In this document: positions 1 through 9,230 of the stretch, piece by piece
How the letters are laid out: each line of letters opens with the position of its first letter
How positions within the stretch are numbered: the stretch's first letter is position 1
NCBI GenBank assembly: GCA_964654205.1
Contig: CAZZHR010000001.1
Location: 65,953 to 129,952, forward strand
Reading direction: 5' to 3'
DNA from: an uncultured Candidatus Saccharibacteria bacterium
Lineage (GTDB): Bacteria > Patescibacteriota > Minisyncoccia > Phycocordibacterales > UBA2100
Length of the DNA stretch: 64,000 nucleotides
Notes under the pieces: generated by a model
What the model was told of the DNA's origin: nothing
Databases searched by the model: none
What the model saw: only the letters and a program-made list of their open reading frames with translations
Position numbers and translations under genes: made by a program

Positions 1-3
1 ATT

Positions 4-1014
4 GTGACCGCGCGCAACCTCGGTGCCATGCTCACTGCCGGCCTCTCACTAGCTCGCGCACTTGCGGTCTTGGAGAGACAAACGAGGAATCCTCGACTCG
101 GCGAAGCGATATCCCAAATAGCAAGTGACGTACGGCACGGAGATACGCTGAACCAAAGTCTCGCGAAGTATCCGCGCATTTTCACGCCGCTCTTCGTAGC
201 TATGGTACGCGCGGGCGAGGAGAGCGGCGATTTGGCCGGCTCGCTCAAGGTCACTTCGGAGCAGATGGAACGCATGTACGACCTGCGGAAGAAAATACGT
301 GGCGCGCTCCTGTACCCGTGCATCATTCTCATCGCGATATTCGGTATCGGCGTCCTCATGATGACGCAGGTCGTACCGACTCTGGCGCAAACCTTCGCCG
401 AGATGGATGCGGAACTTCCCGCATCGACCCAGGCGGTCATCGCGACGAGCAACTTCCTCACACAGTATACGTACCTCGCAGCCGCTCTTTTCGCTGCGCT
501 TGTTGCTGCGATGTACACCGGATTACGGACGACTGCGGGGAAGCGTCTTGCCGAATTCACGCTCCTCCACATGCCCGCGATCAACACGATAGCGAAAGAG
601 ATAAACGCGGCTCGCACGTCGCGCACGCTCGCATCGCTGCTCTCTGCGGGAGTCGACGTGCTTTCGGCACTCGATATTTCTCGCGAGGTGGTGCAAAACT
701 CCTACTTTCAGGCCGTGCTCATCGAGGCCAAGAACAACGTGGGACAAGGAGAGCCGCTCTCAAAGGCGTTTGCTCGCAGCGAACACCTCTACCCGCCGTT
801 CGTGGGCGAGATGATGGCGGTGGGAGAAGAAACGGGGCAGACGTCGGACATGCTCAAGCGCCTCGCGGTGTTCTACGAGGAGGAAGTCGACCGTAAGACG
901 AAAGACATGTCGACCATTATCGAACCGTTCCTCATGGTCTTCATTGGTATCGCCGTTGGATTCTTCGCGGTCTCGATGATTACCCCTATCTACTCACTCT
1001 CGCAGAACATATAG
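4..1014 (+). CDS. pilC: Type IV pilus assembly platform protein PilC/GspF family (5' partial, runs off window start)
   Basis: 336-aa ORF reaching the window edge with GspF-type repeats and TM segments. It lies immediately upstream of three prepilin-like genes. Confidence 0.85.
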   Translation: MTARNLGAMLTAGLSLARALAVLERQTRNPRLGEAISQIASDVRHGDTLNQSLAKYPRIFTPLFVAMVRAGEESGDLAGSLKVTSEQMERMYDLRKKIRGALLYPCIILIAIFGIGVLMMTQVVPTLAQTFAEMDAELPASTQAVIATSNFLTQYTYLAAALFAALVAAMYTGLRTTAGKRLAEFTLLHMPAINTIAKEINAARTSRTLASLLSAGVDVLSALDISREVVQNSYFQAVLIEAKNNVGQGEPLSKAFARSEHLYPPFVGEMMAVGEETGQTSDMLKRLAVFYEEEVDRKTKDMSTIIEPFLMVFIGIAVGFFAVSMITPIYSLSQNI

Positions 1015-1054
1015 GCGGCTTATAGCGCATAGTTGCTAGCTTTTAGGTAAATGC

Positions 1055-2806
1055 ATGACCACTACAAGCTACAAGCTACAAGCTGCGAACTCGAATCGGG
1101 GGGTCACACTCATCGACACGCTCGTTGGCTCGGCGCTCATGCTTGTAGTGTTTCTCGGAATAGCCGCAGCGTTCGAACTCTCGGTCGAAGTTGTCACGAG
1201 CAACAAGGCTCGGGCGGGCGCCATCGCGCTCGCCAACGAGAGGATGGAGTACCTCAAGAGTCTTACGTATGCGCAAATTGGTGTCGAGGGAGGCATTCCT
1301 GCCGGCAACGTACCGCAGATCGAGGCGGTCTCGCTCAACGGTGTCGACTACACGAGGCGCACGTTCGTCTCGTACGCAGACGATCCGGAAGATGGGCTCG
1401 GCGTGGCCGATACCAACGACATCATTACCGATTTCAAGAACATTCGCGTCGAGGTCTCATGGGAATCACGGCAGGGGTATAGAAGCGTCGAGCTCATCGG
1501 ACGCGTCTCGCCGCCGGGTGTCGAGACAGCTGTCCCGGGCGGTACGCTCACCATCATCGTTGTGGACGCCGACGATGTACCACTCTCGAACGCGCAGATC
1601 CGCATCGCCAACACTTCGGTCTCGCCGAGTATCAATATCACGACGTTCTCAAGCGATGACGGCACCATCTCATTCATTGGCGCGCCAGCTGCGAGCAACT
1701 ACGAGGTCACAGTGACGAAGAGTGGATACTCGACCGCGCAAACATACGCAGCGACGGTCGCGAATCCCAATCCGACGCCGCGGCACCTGACGGTCACGAA
1801 CGACCAGACAACTTCGTCCACATTCGCGATCGATGTACTCGGCTCGAAAACTATTCGCGTGTACAAACAGGTAGTGCCGGTCTCATGGAACGATACGTTC
1901 AACGACTCATCCTTTATCGCGACGTCGTCGGACATTCTCGTGGGCGGCGGGGAAGTCTCTCTCTCGGGCGAGCCGTACGAAACAGAAGGCTTCTTGCGCT
2001 CCGTGGCCATCGAACCGAGCATCCTGGCAGGATGGAACGAACTCACCTGGATCGATACGACCCCTGCGGGTACCGATGTTATGTATCGCGTCCACGACGC
2101 TACGGGCGGTGTGGACACTCCTCTCCCGGACGGTGTGCTGCCCGGGAATAGTGGAGGCTTCACGGATGCGCCGATAGACCTCACCGGAATCTCAACATCG
2201 ACGTACCGCGCGCTTAAAGTGCATGCGGTGCTCACCACCTCGGATACGGGGGTGACACCGTCCATCCAAGACATCTCGCTTTCGTACGATTATGGACCGG
2301 AACCGTTCCCGAATTTCCTCTTTACGCTCCGAGGAGGGAAAACGATCGGCAATAACCCGACCGTTTACAAGTACAGCAGCGAGCTCACGAGTGACGCGTC
2401 CGCGCTCGTATCTCTGCCGCAAGTGGAGTGGGACTCATACACCATCGGTGTCACCTCGACCAGCACGTACGAGATAGCCGAGGCTTGCGCCCCGCAGCCT
2501 GAATCGCTTGAACCCGGGGCGAGCCAGACGACAAGCATTTTCCTCCTGCCGGCAACCGCGCACTCTCTCCTCGTAGATGTGAGGGACAGCAACGGTGCGC
2601 TCGTTCAGGGAGCGAGCGTCAATGTGATGCGCACGGGTTACAACGAGACCGAGCAGAGTTCTGCATGCGGGCAGGCATTCTTCTCGGGGTTGTCGGAAAC
2701 GACGTACACCATTCTCGTGACGAAGTCGGGGTACCAAGACAACACGACCGCGAGCTTCAACGTCTCGGGAGACACGCGGCTTTCCGTAGTCCTGCAATCG
2801 ATATGA
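1055..2806 (+). CDS. Large type IV pilin-like protein (prepilin N-terminus plus carboxypeptidase-regulatory-like beta-sandwich repeats)
   Basis: Leader MTTTSYKLQAANSNRG, then the class-III signal motif VTLIDTLVGSALMLVVFLG. The protein is 583 aa with repeated 'VVDADDVPL..A.I.I' and 'VDVRDSNGALVQGASVNV' beta-sandwich-like segments. Confidence 0.75.
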   Translation: MTTTSYKLQAANSNRGVTLIDTLVGSALMLVVFLGIAAAFELSVEVVTSNKARAGAIALANERMEYLKSLTYAQIGVEGGIPAGNVPQIEAVSLNGVDYTRRTFVSYADDPEDGLGVADTNDIITDFKNIRVEVSWESRQGYRSVELIGRVSPPGVETAVPGGTLTIIVVDADDVPLSNAQIRIANTSVSPSINITTFSSDDGTISFIGAPAASNYEVTVTKSGYSTAQTYAATVANPNPTPRHLTVTNDQTTSSTFAIDVLGSKTIRVYKQVVPVSWNDTFNDSSFIATSSDILVGGGEVSLSGEPYETEGFLRSVAIEPSILAGWNELTWIDTTPAGTDVMYRVHDATGGVDTPLPDGVLPGNSGGFTDAPIDLTGISTSTYRALKVHAVLTTSDTGVTPSIQDISLSYDYGPEPFPNFLFTLRGGKTIGNNPTVYKYSSELTSDASALVSLPQVEWDSYTIGVTSTSTYEIAEACAPQPESLEPGASQTTSIFLLPATAHSLLVDVRDSNGALVQGASVNVMRTGYNETEQSSACGQAFFSGLSETTYTILVTKSGYQDNTTASFNVSGDTRLSVVLQSI

Positions 2807-3405
2807 CGTGCGGTCGAAAAAGAAAACGGGGCATGACGCTCATCGAAGCAATGGTGTGGATAGCGGTGCTCGTTATTGTCTTCGAGGCGCTCGGGCTCAC
2901 ACTCACGTACTTCTATCGCACGAATCGCTACGCGCTGGAACAAGCGAGTGCAGTGACTTCAGGGCAACGCGGTCTCGAGCAGATGGTCAAAGTGATACGC
3001 GAAGCCGCATACTCGAGCCAGGGAGCATTTCCTATCGTCTCAATAGACGACGACGAGTTTATATTTTACGCGGACGTCGATTCGGACGCGCTCATAGAGC
3101 GCGTACGGTACTACGTAAGTGGCACCGAACTTCTCCGTGGCATCATCGACCCGAGCGGAAACCCGCCCGATTACGCGGGCGCGGAAAGTGTGTCGAATGT
3201 GGCGAGCTATGTACGGAACTCGTCGTTGGGTGCGCCCGTATTCACGTATTACGATGAGCTTGGCAACGAGATCACAGACTACGACAACTGGGCGTACGTG
3301 CGGTTTGTGCAGGTGGCGCTTATCGTGAACGTGGACGCGAATTCACTCCCGAACCAGCTCACGCTCACGTCGTCCGCAGCTCTGCGTAATCTCGTAGGGC
3401 AATAA
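2803..3405 (+). CDS. Pseudopilin / minor pilin (GspG/PulG-like)
   Basis: Leader MTCGRKRKRG followed by MTLIEAMVWIAVLVIVF prepilin cleavage/methylation motif. The start overlaps the upstream stop by 4 bp (ATGA). Confidence 0.75.
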   Translation: MTCGRKRKRGMTLIEAMVWIAVLVIVFEALGLTLTYFYRTNRYALEQASAVTSGQRGLEQMVKVIREAAYSSQGAFPIVSIDDDEFIFYADVDSDALIERVRYYVSGTELLRGIIDPSGNPPDYAGAESVSNVASYVRNSSLGAPVFTYYDELGNEITDYDNWAYVRFVQVALIVNVDANSLPNQLTLTSSAALRNLVGQ

Positions 3406-3409
3406 AGGT

Positions 3410-4891
3410 ATGAATGTAGAATATAGGACAAAAAATAAAGCGACGATGCAAAATCCTACATTCCACATTCCATATACTCGCGCACGGCGCGGGGTCACGG
3501 TGATGCTCGTCCTCGCGTTCATGGGGATTTTCACACTCATCCTCGGGACGATATCCAGCTACGCGCTCATGCAAGCGCGATACGGACGCGCAATCGCGGT
3601 TCGAGAGCAGGCGCTTCATATCGCTGAGGCGGGGCTCGAGTATTACCGATGGTTCCTCAACAAGAATCCCTCTATCCTCAACGCTGGAGTGGGTCTCGTG
3701 AGTCCCGATTCGTATACGCTCGTCGACCCGGAGGGGGGAGAACTCGGTACAGCAAACATCACCGCTACCGCGGACTTGCAGTGCAATGCGGTGCGCTGGG
3801 TCGACATCACCTCGCGCGGCGTCGCCTCACTCGACCCCGTGTTTCCGCGCACGCTGTCCGCACGGTACATGCGCCCGTCCGTCGCAGGGTACTCATACGT
3901 CGTGAACACAAACGTCTGGGCGGGTGCCGACCGCGTCATACGAGGGCCCTACCACAGCAACGGCGGCGTGCGCATGGACGGAACACACAATGCAGAGGTG
4001 ACGAGCTCGGTTTCGACGTGGCAGTGCACGTCCTCATACAACTGCAGTCCCACACAGAACAGTGCGCCGGGCGTGCTCGGGAGTGGCAGCAACCCCTCGC
4101 TGTGGGAGTACCCAGTCTCTACGGTCAACTTCGCTTCCATCGCGGTCGATTTTTCTGACCTCAAATCACGTGCGCAGACCGCGGGAGGCATCTACTACGG
4201 CCCGGCGTCGGGGAGCGTGAACAATCGCGGATATCGGCTCATTTTCAATGCGAACGGTACGGTGACGATATATCGCGTCACACAGACCACGGGCTTTCCG
4301 AGTTACTCTACGCAGTATGGAGACACGACAGAGTACAGCAGAATCAACAACCAGACGTTGCTCGGCACATTCAATATTCCGTCGTCGTGCAGCCTTATGT
4401 TCTTTGAGGACAGGGTGTGGATTGAAGGCACCGTAAACGGGAAAGTGACTGTGGTCGCTGCAACGCCCACGACGACGAGCACGAGTCCCGACATCTATCT
4501 CAACGGCAACATACTCTACGCAGACAACGACGGGAGCGACGGTCTCACGGCGATAGCGGAGCGCAATGTCCTCATTCCGCTCGTGGTGCCCGAGAACATG
4601 GAGATACACGGTATCTTTGTCGCACAGTCCGGGCACTACGGTCGCGACTACTTCTCGACGAGTGATCTCTCCTCAACATACGATCCATACGTGCAGCGAG
4701 CGTCTCTCACGACCGTCGGCACGGTGGTCTCCAATGGTCGCACGGGCACGTCGTGGAGTTGCAACGGCTCGTTCTGCTCGGGCTTCCTGCAGCGGTATGA
4801 CTACTACGACCAGCTCCTCGCGTTCTCGCCCCCACCGTTTACGCCGACTGCGTCGACCGATTACGAATTCGTTCTGTGGCGAGAGGATTAG
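3410..4891 (+). CDS. PilX-like minor pilin / pilus-associated protein
   Basis: N-terminal RGVTVMLVLAFMGIFTLILG hydrophobic segment typical of PilX-type minor pilins, and position within the pilus gene block. The true start may be the internal Met at 3446. Confidence 0.55.
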   Translation: MNVEYRTKNKATMQNPTFHIPYTRARRGVTVMLVLAFMGIFTLILGTISSYALMQARYGRAIAVREQALHIAEAGLEYYRWFLNKNPSILNAGVGLVSPDSYTLVDPEGGELGTANITATADLQCNAVRWVDITSRGVASLDPVFPRTLSARYMRPSVAGYSYVVNTNVWAGADRVIRGPYHSNGGVRMDGTHNAEVTSSVSTWQCTSSYNCSPTQNSAPGVLGSGSNPSLWEYPVSTVNFASIAVDFSDLKSRAQTAGGIYYGPASGSVNNRGYRLIFNANGTVTIYRVTQTTGFPSYSTQYGDTTEYSRINNQTLLGTFNIPSSCSLMFFEDRVWIEGTVNGKVTVVAATPTTTSTSPDIYLNGNILYADNDGSDGLTAIAERNVLIPLVVPENMEIHGIFVAQSGHYGRDYFSTSDLSSTYDPYVQRASLTTVGTVVSNGRTGTSWSCNGSFCSGFLQRYDYYDQLLAFSPPPFTPTASTDYEFVLWRED

Positions 4892-5042
4892 GGCGCGATC
4901 CCGCACTCCGCAGCGGTACGAAACTTCACAGCTGTGAAATTTCTCCGCTTACTCGACGCTCTTCGTAAGAATCTACTGCGGAGTGCGGGACGCGCTTGGG
5001 TTGGTCGTGAAATTCAAAATCAGGACATGTTACAATCGCCGC

Positions 5043-5795
5043 ATGAAATACATTCTTGTCGCCAACTGGAAGCTTTACCCGGCGACGTATAAAGAAGCGA
5101 AGAAGCTCCTCGAGGTCACCAAGTCGGCTGCGGAAAATGCGAGAAACGTGAGCGTCGTCCTCGCTCCGCCGTCTATCTATCTGCGAGAGCTCCGAGCGGT
5201 ATACAAAGGCAAGCGGCTCGCATTCGCCGCCCAGTCGACTCATTTCGAGAACGAGGGTTCATTCACAGGTGAGATTTCGCCCGCACAGGTGAAAGATGCG
5301 AAGATTACGCACGTTATCGTAGGTCACTCCGAGCGCAGGGCTGCGGGTGAGAGCGATGTAGATGTAAAAAAGAAAGTACTCTCCGTGCTCGATAGCGGCA
5401 TGACGCCGATACTTTGTGTGGGAGAAAAAAGGCGTACGCACGATGGGGAACATTTCAACTTCGTTCGCTTGCAGCTTACCGCGGCGCTGCGCGACGTGCC
5501 GCAGGCGAAAATCCCTCGCATCATTGTCGCGTATGAACCGGTGTGGGCAATCGGAGCTGAAAAGGCGATGGCCCCGCGAGACATGCACGAGATGGCCATA
5601 TTTATACGAAAAACAATAGTAGAAATGCATGGGGTGGTGGGGATGAATACGAAAGTGCTCTATGGTGGCGCAATAGACGAGACAAATGCGGCGCGCATGC
5701 TCACCGAAGGCGAAGTCAGCGGCCTGATAGTCGGGCGCGCGTCTGCAAATCCCTTCAAGATCAAGGCACTCATCGAGACAATCGCGGAAATATGA
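5043..5795 (+). CDS. tpiA: Triosephosphate isomerase
   Basis: MKYILVANWKLY N-terminus with GHSERR and AYEPVWAIG catalytic motifs. Start taken at the internal Met. Confidence 0.92.
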   Translation: MKYILVANWKLYPATYKEAKKLLEVTKSAAENARNVSVVLAPPSIYLRELRAVYKGKRLAFAAQSTHFENEGSFTGEISPAQVKDAKITHVIVGHSERRAAGESDVDVKKKVLSVLDSGMTPILCVGEKRRTHDGEHFNFVRLQLTAALRDVPQAKIPRIIVAYEPVWAIGAEKAMAPRDMHEMAIFIRKTIVEMHGVVGMNTKVLYGGAIDETNAARMLTEGEVSGLIVGRASANPFKIKALIETIAEI

Positions 5796-5912
5796 ATTCA
5801 GTGAGAGGCTACAGAAGACGGATACATATGTGTCAGACGGTGAAGCGTATTATGTGGGTCGAATGTGTATCAGAATCTAACGCGGGAAGTGTCGCTCTCT
5901 GCCTCTAACGAG

Positions 5913-7046
5913 ATGAAGTGCATTGATGAAGTTGCCCCGGCGGAATTGAAAGGCAAGCGTGTTTTCCTTCGCACGAGCCTGAATCTCCCGCTCTCCGCTG
6001 ACGGTTCCGTCAAGGAGATCTTCAGGCTCCAGCGCGCGCTGCCCACCGTGCGCTATCTCGTACAGTGCGGGGCAAAAGTCATCATCGTCGGGTACCTGGG
6101 GCGCAAGGGCGATTCGATGCGACCTGTCGCCGAAGCGCTCATCAAACTCACTCCCGACATTCGGATGTACTTCTTCGGTACGCCTTTTGAAATGGCCAAA
6201 GCCGAATCCGAGGCGCTCAAAGAGGGAGAATGCCTCATACTCGAGAGCACTCGGCGGCATCCTGGCGAAGAGACCAACGATCCGGCGTTCATTGACATGC
6301 TCGCGTCGCTCGCCGACATCTTTGTGAGCGACGCGTTCGCCGAGGCGCACCGCGACTACGCATCGAACGTCGCACTTGCGAAGAAACTCCCCGCTTTTAG
6401 TGGGCTCCTCATGCGCGACGAGGTCAAAGAGCTCTCCGCTGCGCGCGAACCCGAGAAACCCTCGCTCGCGATACTCGGTGGTGCAAAGTTTGAGACGAAG
6501 GCTCCGCTCATCAAGCAACTGCTCCGCACATACGATCACGTATTCATCACAGGCGCCCTTGCCAACGACGTGTTCAAGGCACGCGGTCTCCCCGTGGGTC
6601 GTTCGCTCATATCGGCGGAACTTCCAGGCATTGACGTGCTTGAGCACCCCAATTTCGTCGTACCGGTCGATGTCACAGTCGAGAGGCTCGACAAACAGGC
6701 GCGAGTCAAAAAGCCGAGCGAAGTCGAGGCGCAAGACAAGATAGTCGATATTGGACCCGACTCCGTTAAAGAGATAGCTCCGCTCGTAGCAGCCGCTAAG
6801 TTCATATTGTGGAACGGACCGACGGGTCTTTACGAAGAGGGATACAGCTCGTACACGTACGCTATCGCAGAACTCGTCGCGAAAAGTTCGGCGAAGAAGA
6901 TTCTTGGCGGAGGGGATACCATCGCCGCGATAAAGGATTCCGGTGTTCCCGACGACGAGCTCGGTTTCCTCTCGACTGGCGGCGGGGCGATGCTCGAGTA
7001 CTTACTGAAGGGCACCCTCCCTGGTGTCTCTGCTCTGGATTCGTAA
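5913..7046 (+). CDS. pgk: Phosphoglycerate kinase
   Basis: KGKRVFLRTSLNLP N-terminal motif, GGAKFETKAPLI and GGGDT nucleotide-binding motifs. Start taken at the internal Met MKCIDE. Confidence 0.92.
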   Translation: MKCIDEVAPAELKGKRVFLRTSLNLPLSADGSVKEIFRLQRALPTVRYLVQCGAKVIIVGYLGRKGDSMRPVAEALIKLTPDIRMYFFGTPFEMAKAESEALKEGECLILESTRRHPGEETNDPAFIDMLASLADIFVSDAFAEAHRDYASNVALAKKLPAFSGLLMRDEVKELSAAREPEKPSLAILGGAKFETKAPLIKQLLRTYDHVFITGALANDVFKARGLPVGRSLISAELPGIDVLEHPNFVVPVDVTVERLDKQARVKKPSEVEAQDKIVDIGPDSVKEIAPLVAAAKFILWNGPTGLYEEGYSSYTYAIAELVAKSSAKKILGGGDTIAAIKDSGVPDDELGFLSTGGGAMLEYLLKGTLPGVSALDS

Positions 7047-7108
7047 GCTCGACCCTCGAACTACGTCTTGATAGGTACCGCACACCTAGAAAGCGGTACA
7101 ATATCCAT

Positions 7109-8731
7109 ATGAACACGAGCATCCGCAATATTTTTATTGCATCGCTTATTTCAGCATCGATTATCGGCTCCGCTGCGCTCGCGACGCCCGCAGCTGCGCA
7201 GAGCGTAGGAGATATCCAGCGTCAGATTCAGGAACTCCTCGCCAAAATAGCGGCGCTGCAGGAGCAATTGAAGCTGACAGTTGCCGCGCAGGGGAACGCT
7301 TCATCGAGTTCGGCTCCTGTCGGCGACATCTCCTTTACGGCCGTGCCGCGCATATGCAAAATCTTTCCGGAACACGCGCTTTCATTCGGCAATCGCGGAG
7401 AGCAGGTGCTCGGGCTTCAGGAATTCTTGAAGGCGGAAGGTTACTTCAGTGCGGAAGGCACGGGTTTCTTCGGACCGCTTACGCGCGATGCGCTTGCGCG
7501 CTGGCAAGCAGCACAGGGCTTCGAGGCCGCTGGCGCGATGGGACCTCTTACGCGCGAGCGCATTCGCGCGCGCTGCGCGCAAAACGATGTCCTTTCGGTG
7601 CGCCCAACGAGCGGAAGCGCGCCGCTCACTGTCACGTTCTCAGCCAATGTGACGCTCACGAACAGTGCGATGATTGCCGACGCGGGAGAGTACAAAATAG
7701 TGTTTGGCGACGGCAACGAACAGAAACTTGAGTGCAAGGATACGGTGCTCGGAACGTGCCGCGGTCCCATCACAGTAAGTCACACGTACCAACGCGACGG
7801 CTCGTATACCGCGAGCCTGGTGCACTATGGTTTTTTCGGTCCGCCCGAAGCGAGTGTGAACGGTACCGTGCGCGGCAAAGTATTCGTACAGGTGGGCGGC
7901 CCGGTCGCATGCACAAAGGAATACATGCCCGTCTGCGGCGCGAAGCAAGTTGTGTGCATTACGACGCCCTGCAATCCCGTGCAGCAAACATACGGCAACC
8001 GTTGCATGATGGCGGCCGACGGAGCGTCCCTCGTGCACGAAGGAGCATGCCGCGCCGATACGTCAGACCCGGCCGCAGACGCGCGCTGCAGACAGTGGTA
8101 CGACGGATGCAACACGTGTTCGCGGCAGTCTGCCGGAGGTCCCGCGATCTGCACGCTCCGCGCGTGTACGCCGGAAAGTACTACGAAGCCGTACTGCTCC
8201 GAGTATTTCACCGATGTCGCCAACAAACCGCCGACCATCAGCGCGCTTTCTGGTCCCACCTCGCTCAAAGTTGGGGAGTCGGGTTCTTGGACAGTACAGG
8301 CATCAGACCCAGAGAACGGCCAACTCTACTACAGCATCGTGTGGGGCGACGAATCGGTCTATGCGTATGGTCTCAACACAGCTTCCGCACGAGATACATT
8401 CTCGCAGACCGCTACATTCAGTCATACCTATTCTCGCGAGGGTACCTACACTGTGATTGTAGTCGTACGCGATACGGCCGGGCTGGAGGCTAAAACGACC
8501 ATGTCCGTTCGCGTGTCGGCAAGCAGTCCGACGATATGCACTCTAGAGTACGCACCGGTGTGCGGTCGACCGACGGGTTGTGCCAACACCTGTCCACCAG
8601 GCCAGTACTGCGCCGCCATATGCCGCTTGCACGAGCCCGTCACCTACGGCAACCGCTGTCAGATGAACGCGGCGGGAGCAACCTTCCTCCACCAAGGCGA
8701 ATGCACGGCGAATAGTTCAAGCATTTACTAG
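7109..8731 (+). CDS. Secreted multidomain protein: signal peptide, PG-binding-like domain, two PKD-like domains, two Kazal-type Cys-rich domains
   Basis: Start MNTSIRNIFIASLISASIIGSAALA (signal peptide). PG_binding_1-like segment 'GNRGEQVLGLQEFLKAEGYFSAEG..GPLTRDAL..WQAAQG'. PKD-like 'APLTVTFSANVT..FGDG'. Kazal-like 'C..EYMPVCG..TYGNRC..GEC' twice. Confidence 0.7.
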   Translation: MNTSIRNIFIASLISASIIGSAALATPAAAQSVGDIQRQIQELLAKIAALQEQLKLTVAAQGNASSSSAPVGDISFTAVPRICKIFPEHALSFGNRGEQVLGLQEFLKAEGYFSAEGTGFFGPLTRDALARWQAAQGFEAAGAMGPLTRERIRARCAQNDVLSVRPTSGSAPLTVTFSANVTLTNSAMIADAGEYKIVFGDGNEQKLECKDTVLGTCRGPITVSHTYQRDGSYTASLVHYGFFGPPEASVNGTVRGKVFVQVGGPVACTKEYMPVCGAKQVVCITTPCNPVQQTYGNRCMMAADGASLVHEGACRADTSDPAADARCRQWYDGCNTCSRQSAGGPAICTLRACTPESTTKPYCSEYFTDVANKPPTISALSGPTSLKVGESGSWTVQASDPENGQLYYSIVWGDESVYAYGLNTASARDTFSQTATFSHTYSREGTYTVIVVVRDTAGLEAKTTMSVRVSASSPTICTLEYAPVCGRPTGCANTCPPGQYCAAICRLHEPVTYGNRCQMNAAGATFLHQGECTANSSSIY

Positions 8732-9141
8732 AACGACGCGCGTATCTTTTCTTCGAGGGATTGTGCTTCGCCTTCGTTGTAGTCGTTGTGTTTCCACTGC
8801 GTCAGCCCGTCGCCTCTGTAGCGCGGGATGACATGTATGTGCGGGTGGTCAATAACCTGCCCGGCATTCGAGCGATTGTTCATCATGATATTGACGCCGT
8901 CTGCGCCTGTGGCTTTTTCTACCGCGTGCGCGACCTTGCGCGCGGTCTCGGTGGTCGCGAGCCAGTCTTCGGGCGAGACATCGAAAATATTCTGGGTGTT
9001 TTCGGCCTTCGGGATGACGAGCGTGTGTCCGGGGTTCACCGGGTGAATATCGAGAAATGCGAGCGTTTTTTCGTCTTCGTACACTTTAAAGGAGGGGAGT
9101 TCTCCTCGGACGATTTTGCAGAACACGCAATCGTTGGCCAT
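8728..9141 (-). CDS. HIT-family protein (histidine triad nucleotide hydrolase)
   Basis: MANDCVFCKI N-terminus and HPHIHVIP histidine triad. The stop codon overlaps the convergent upstream gene's stop within a CTAG tetranucleotide. Confidence 0.85.
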   Translation of the reverse strand: MANDCVFCKIVRGELPSFKVYEDEKTLAFLDIHPVNPGHTLVIPKAENTQNIFDVSPEDWLATTETARKVAHAVEKATGADGVNIMMNNRSNAGQVIDHPHIHVIPRYRGDGLTQWKHNDYNEGEAQSLEEKIRASF

Positions 9142-9230
9142 AGGGATGTGTATGTTGTATCTAGTATGCCGTACGTAGTATGAAAATTGCGTACAAAATA
9201 CCAGATACCACATACTATATACTACGCGGG

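Noticed and set aside
318-896. 192-aa alternative-frame ORF inside pilC
   Set aside because: Arg/His-rich shadow ORF. The PilC frame has the family motifs.
1062-1084. CTACAAG x3 tandem repeat as a mini-satellite or CRISPR-like element
   Set aside because: It has only three 7-mer units and lies inside the pilin leader-peptide coding sequence. It is noted instead as part of the G-poor upstream motif family.
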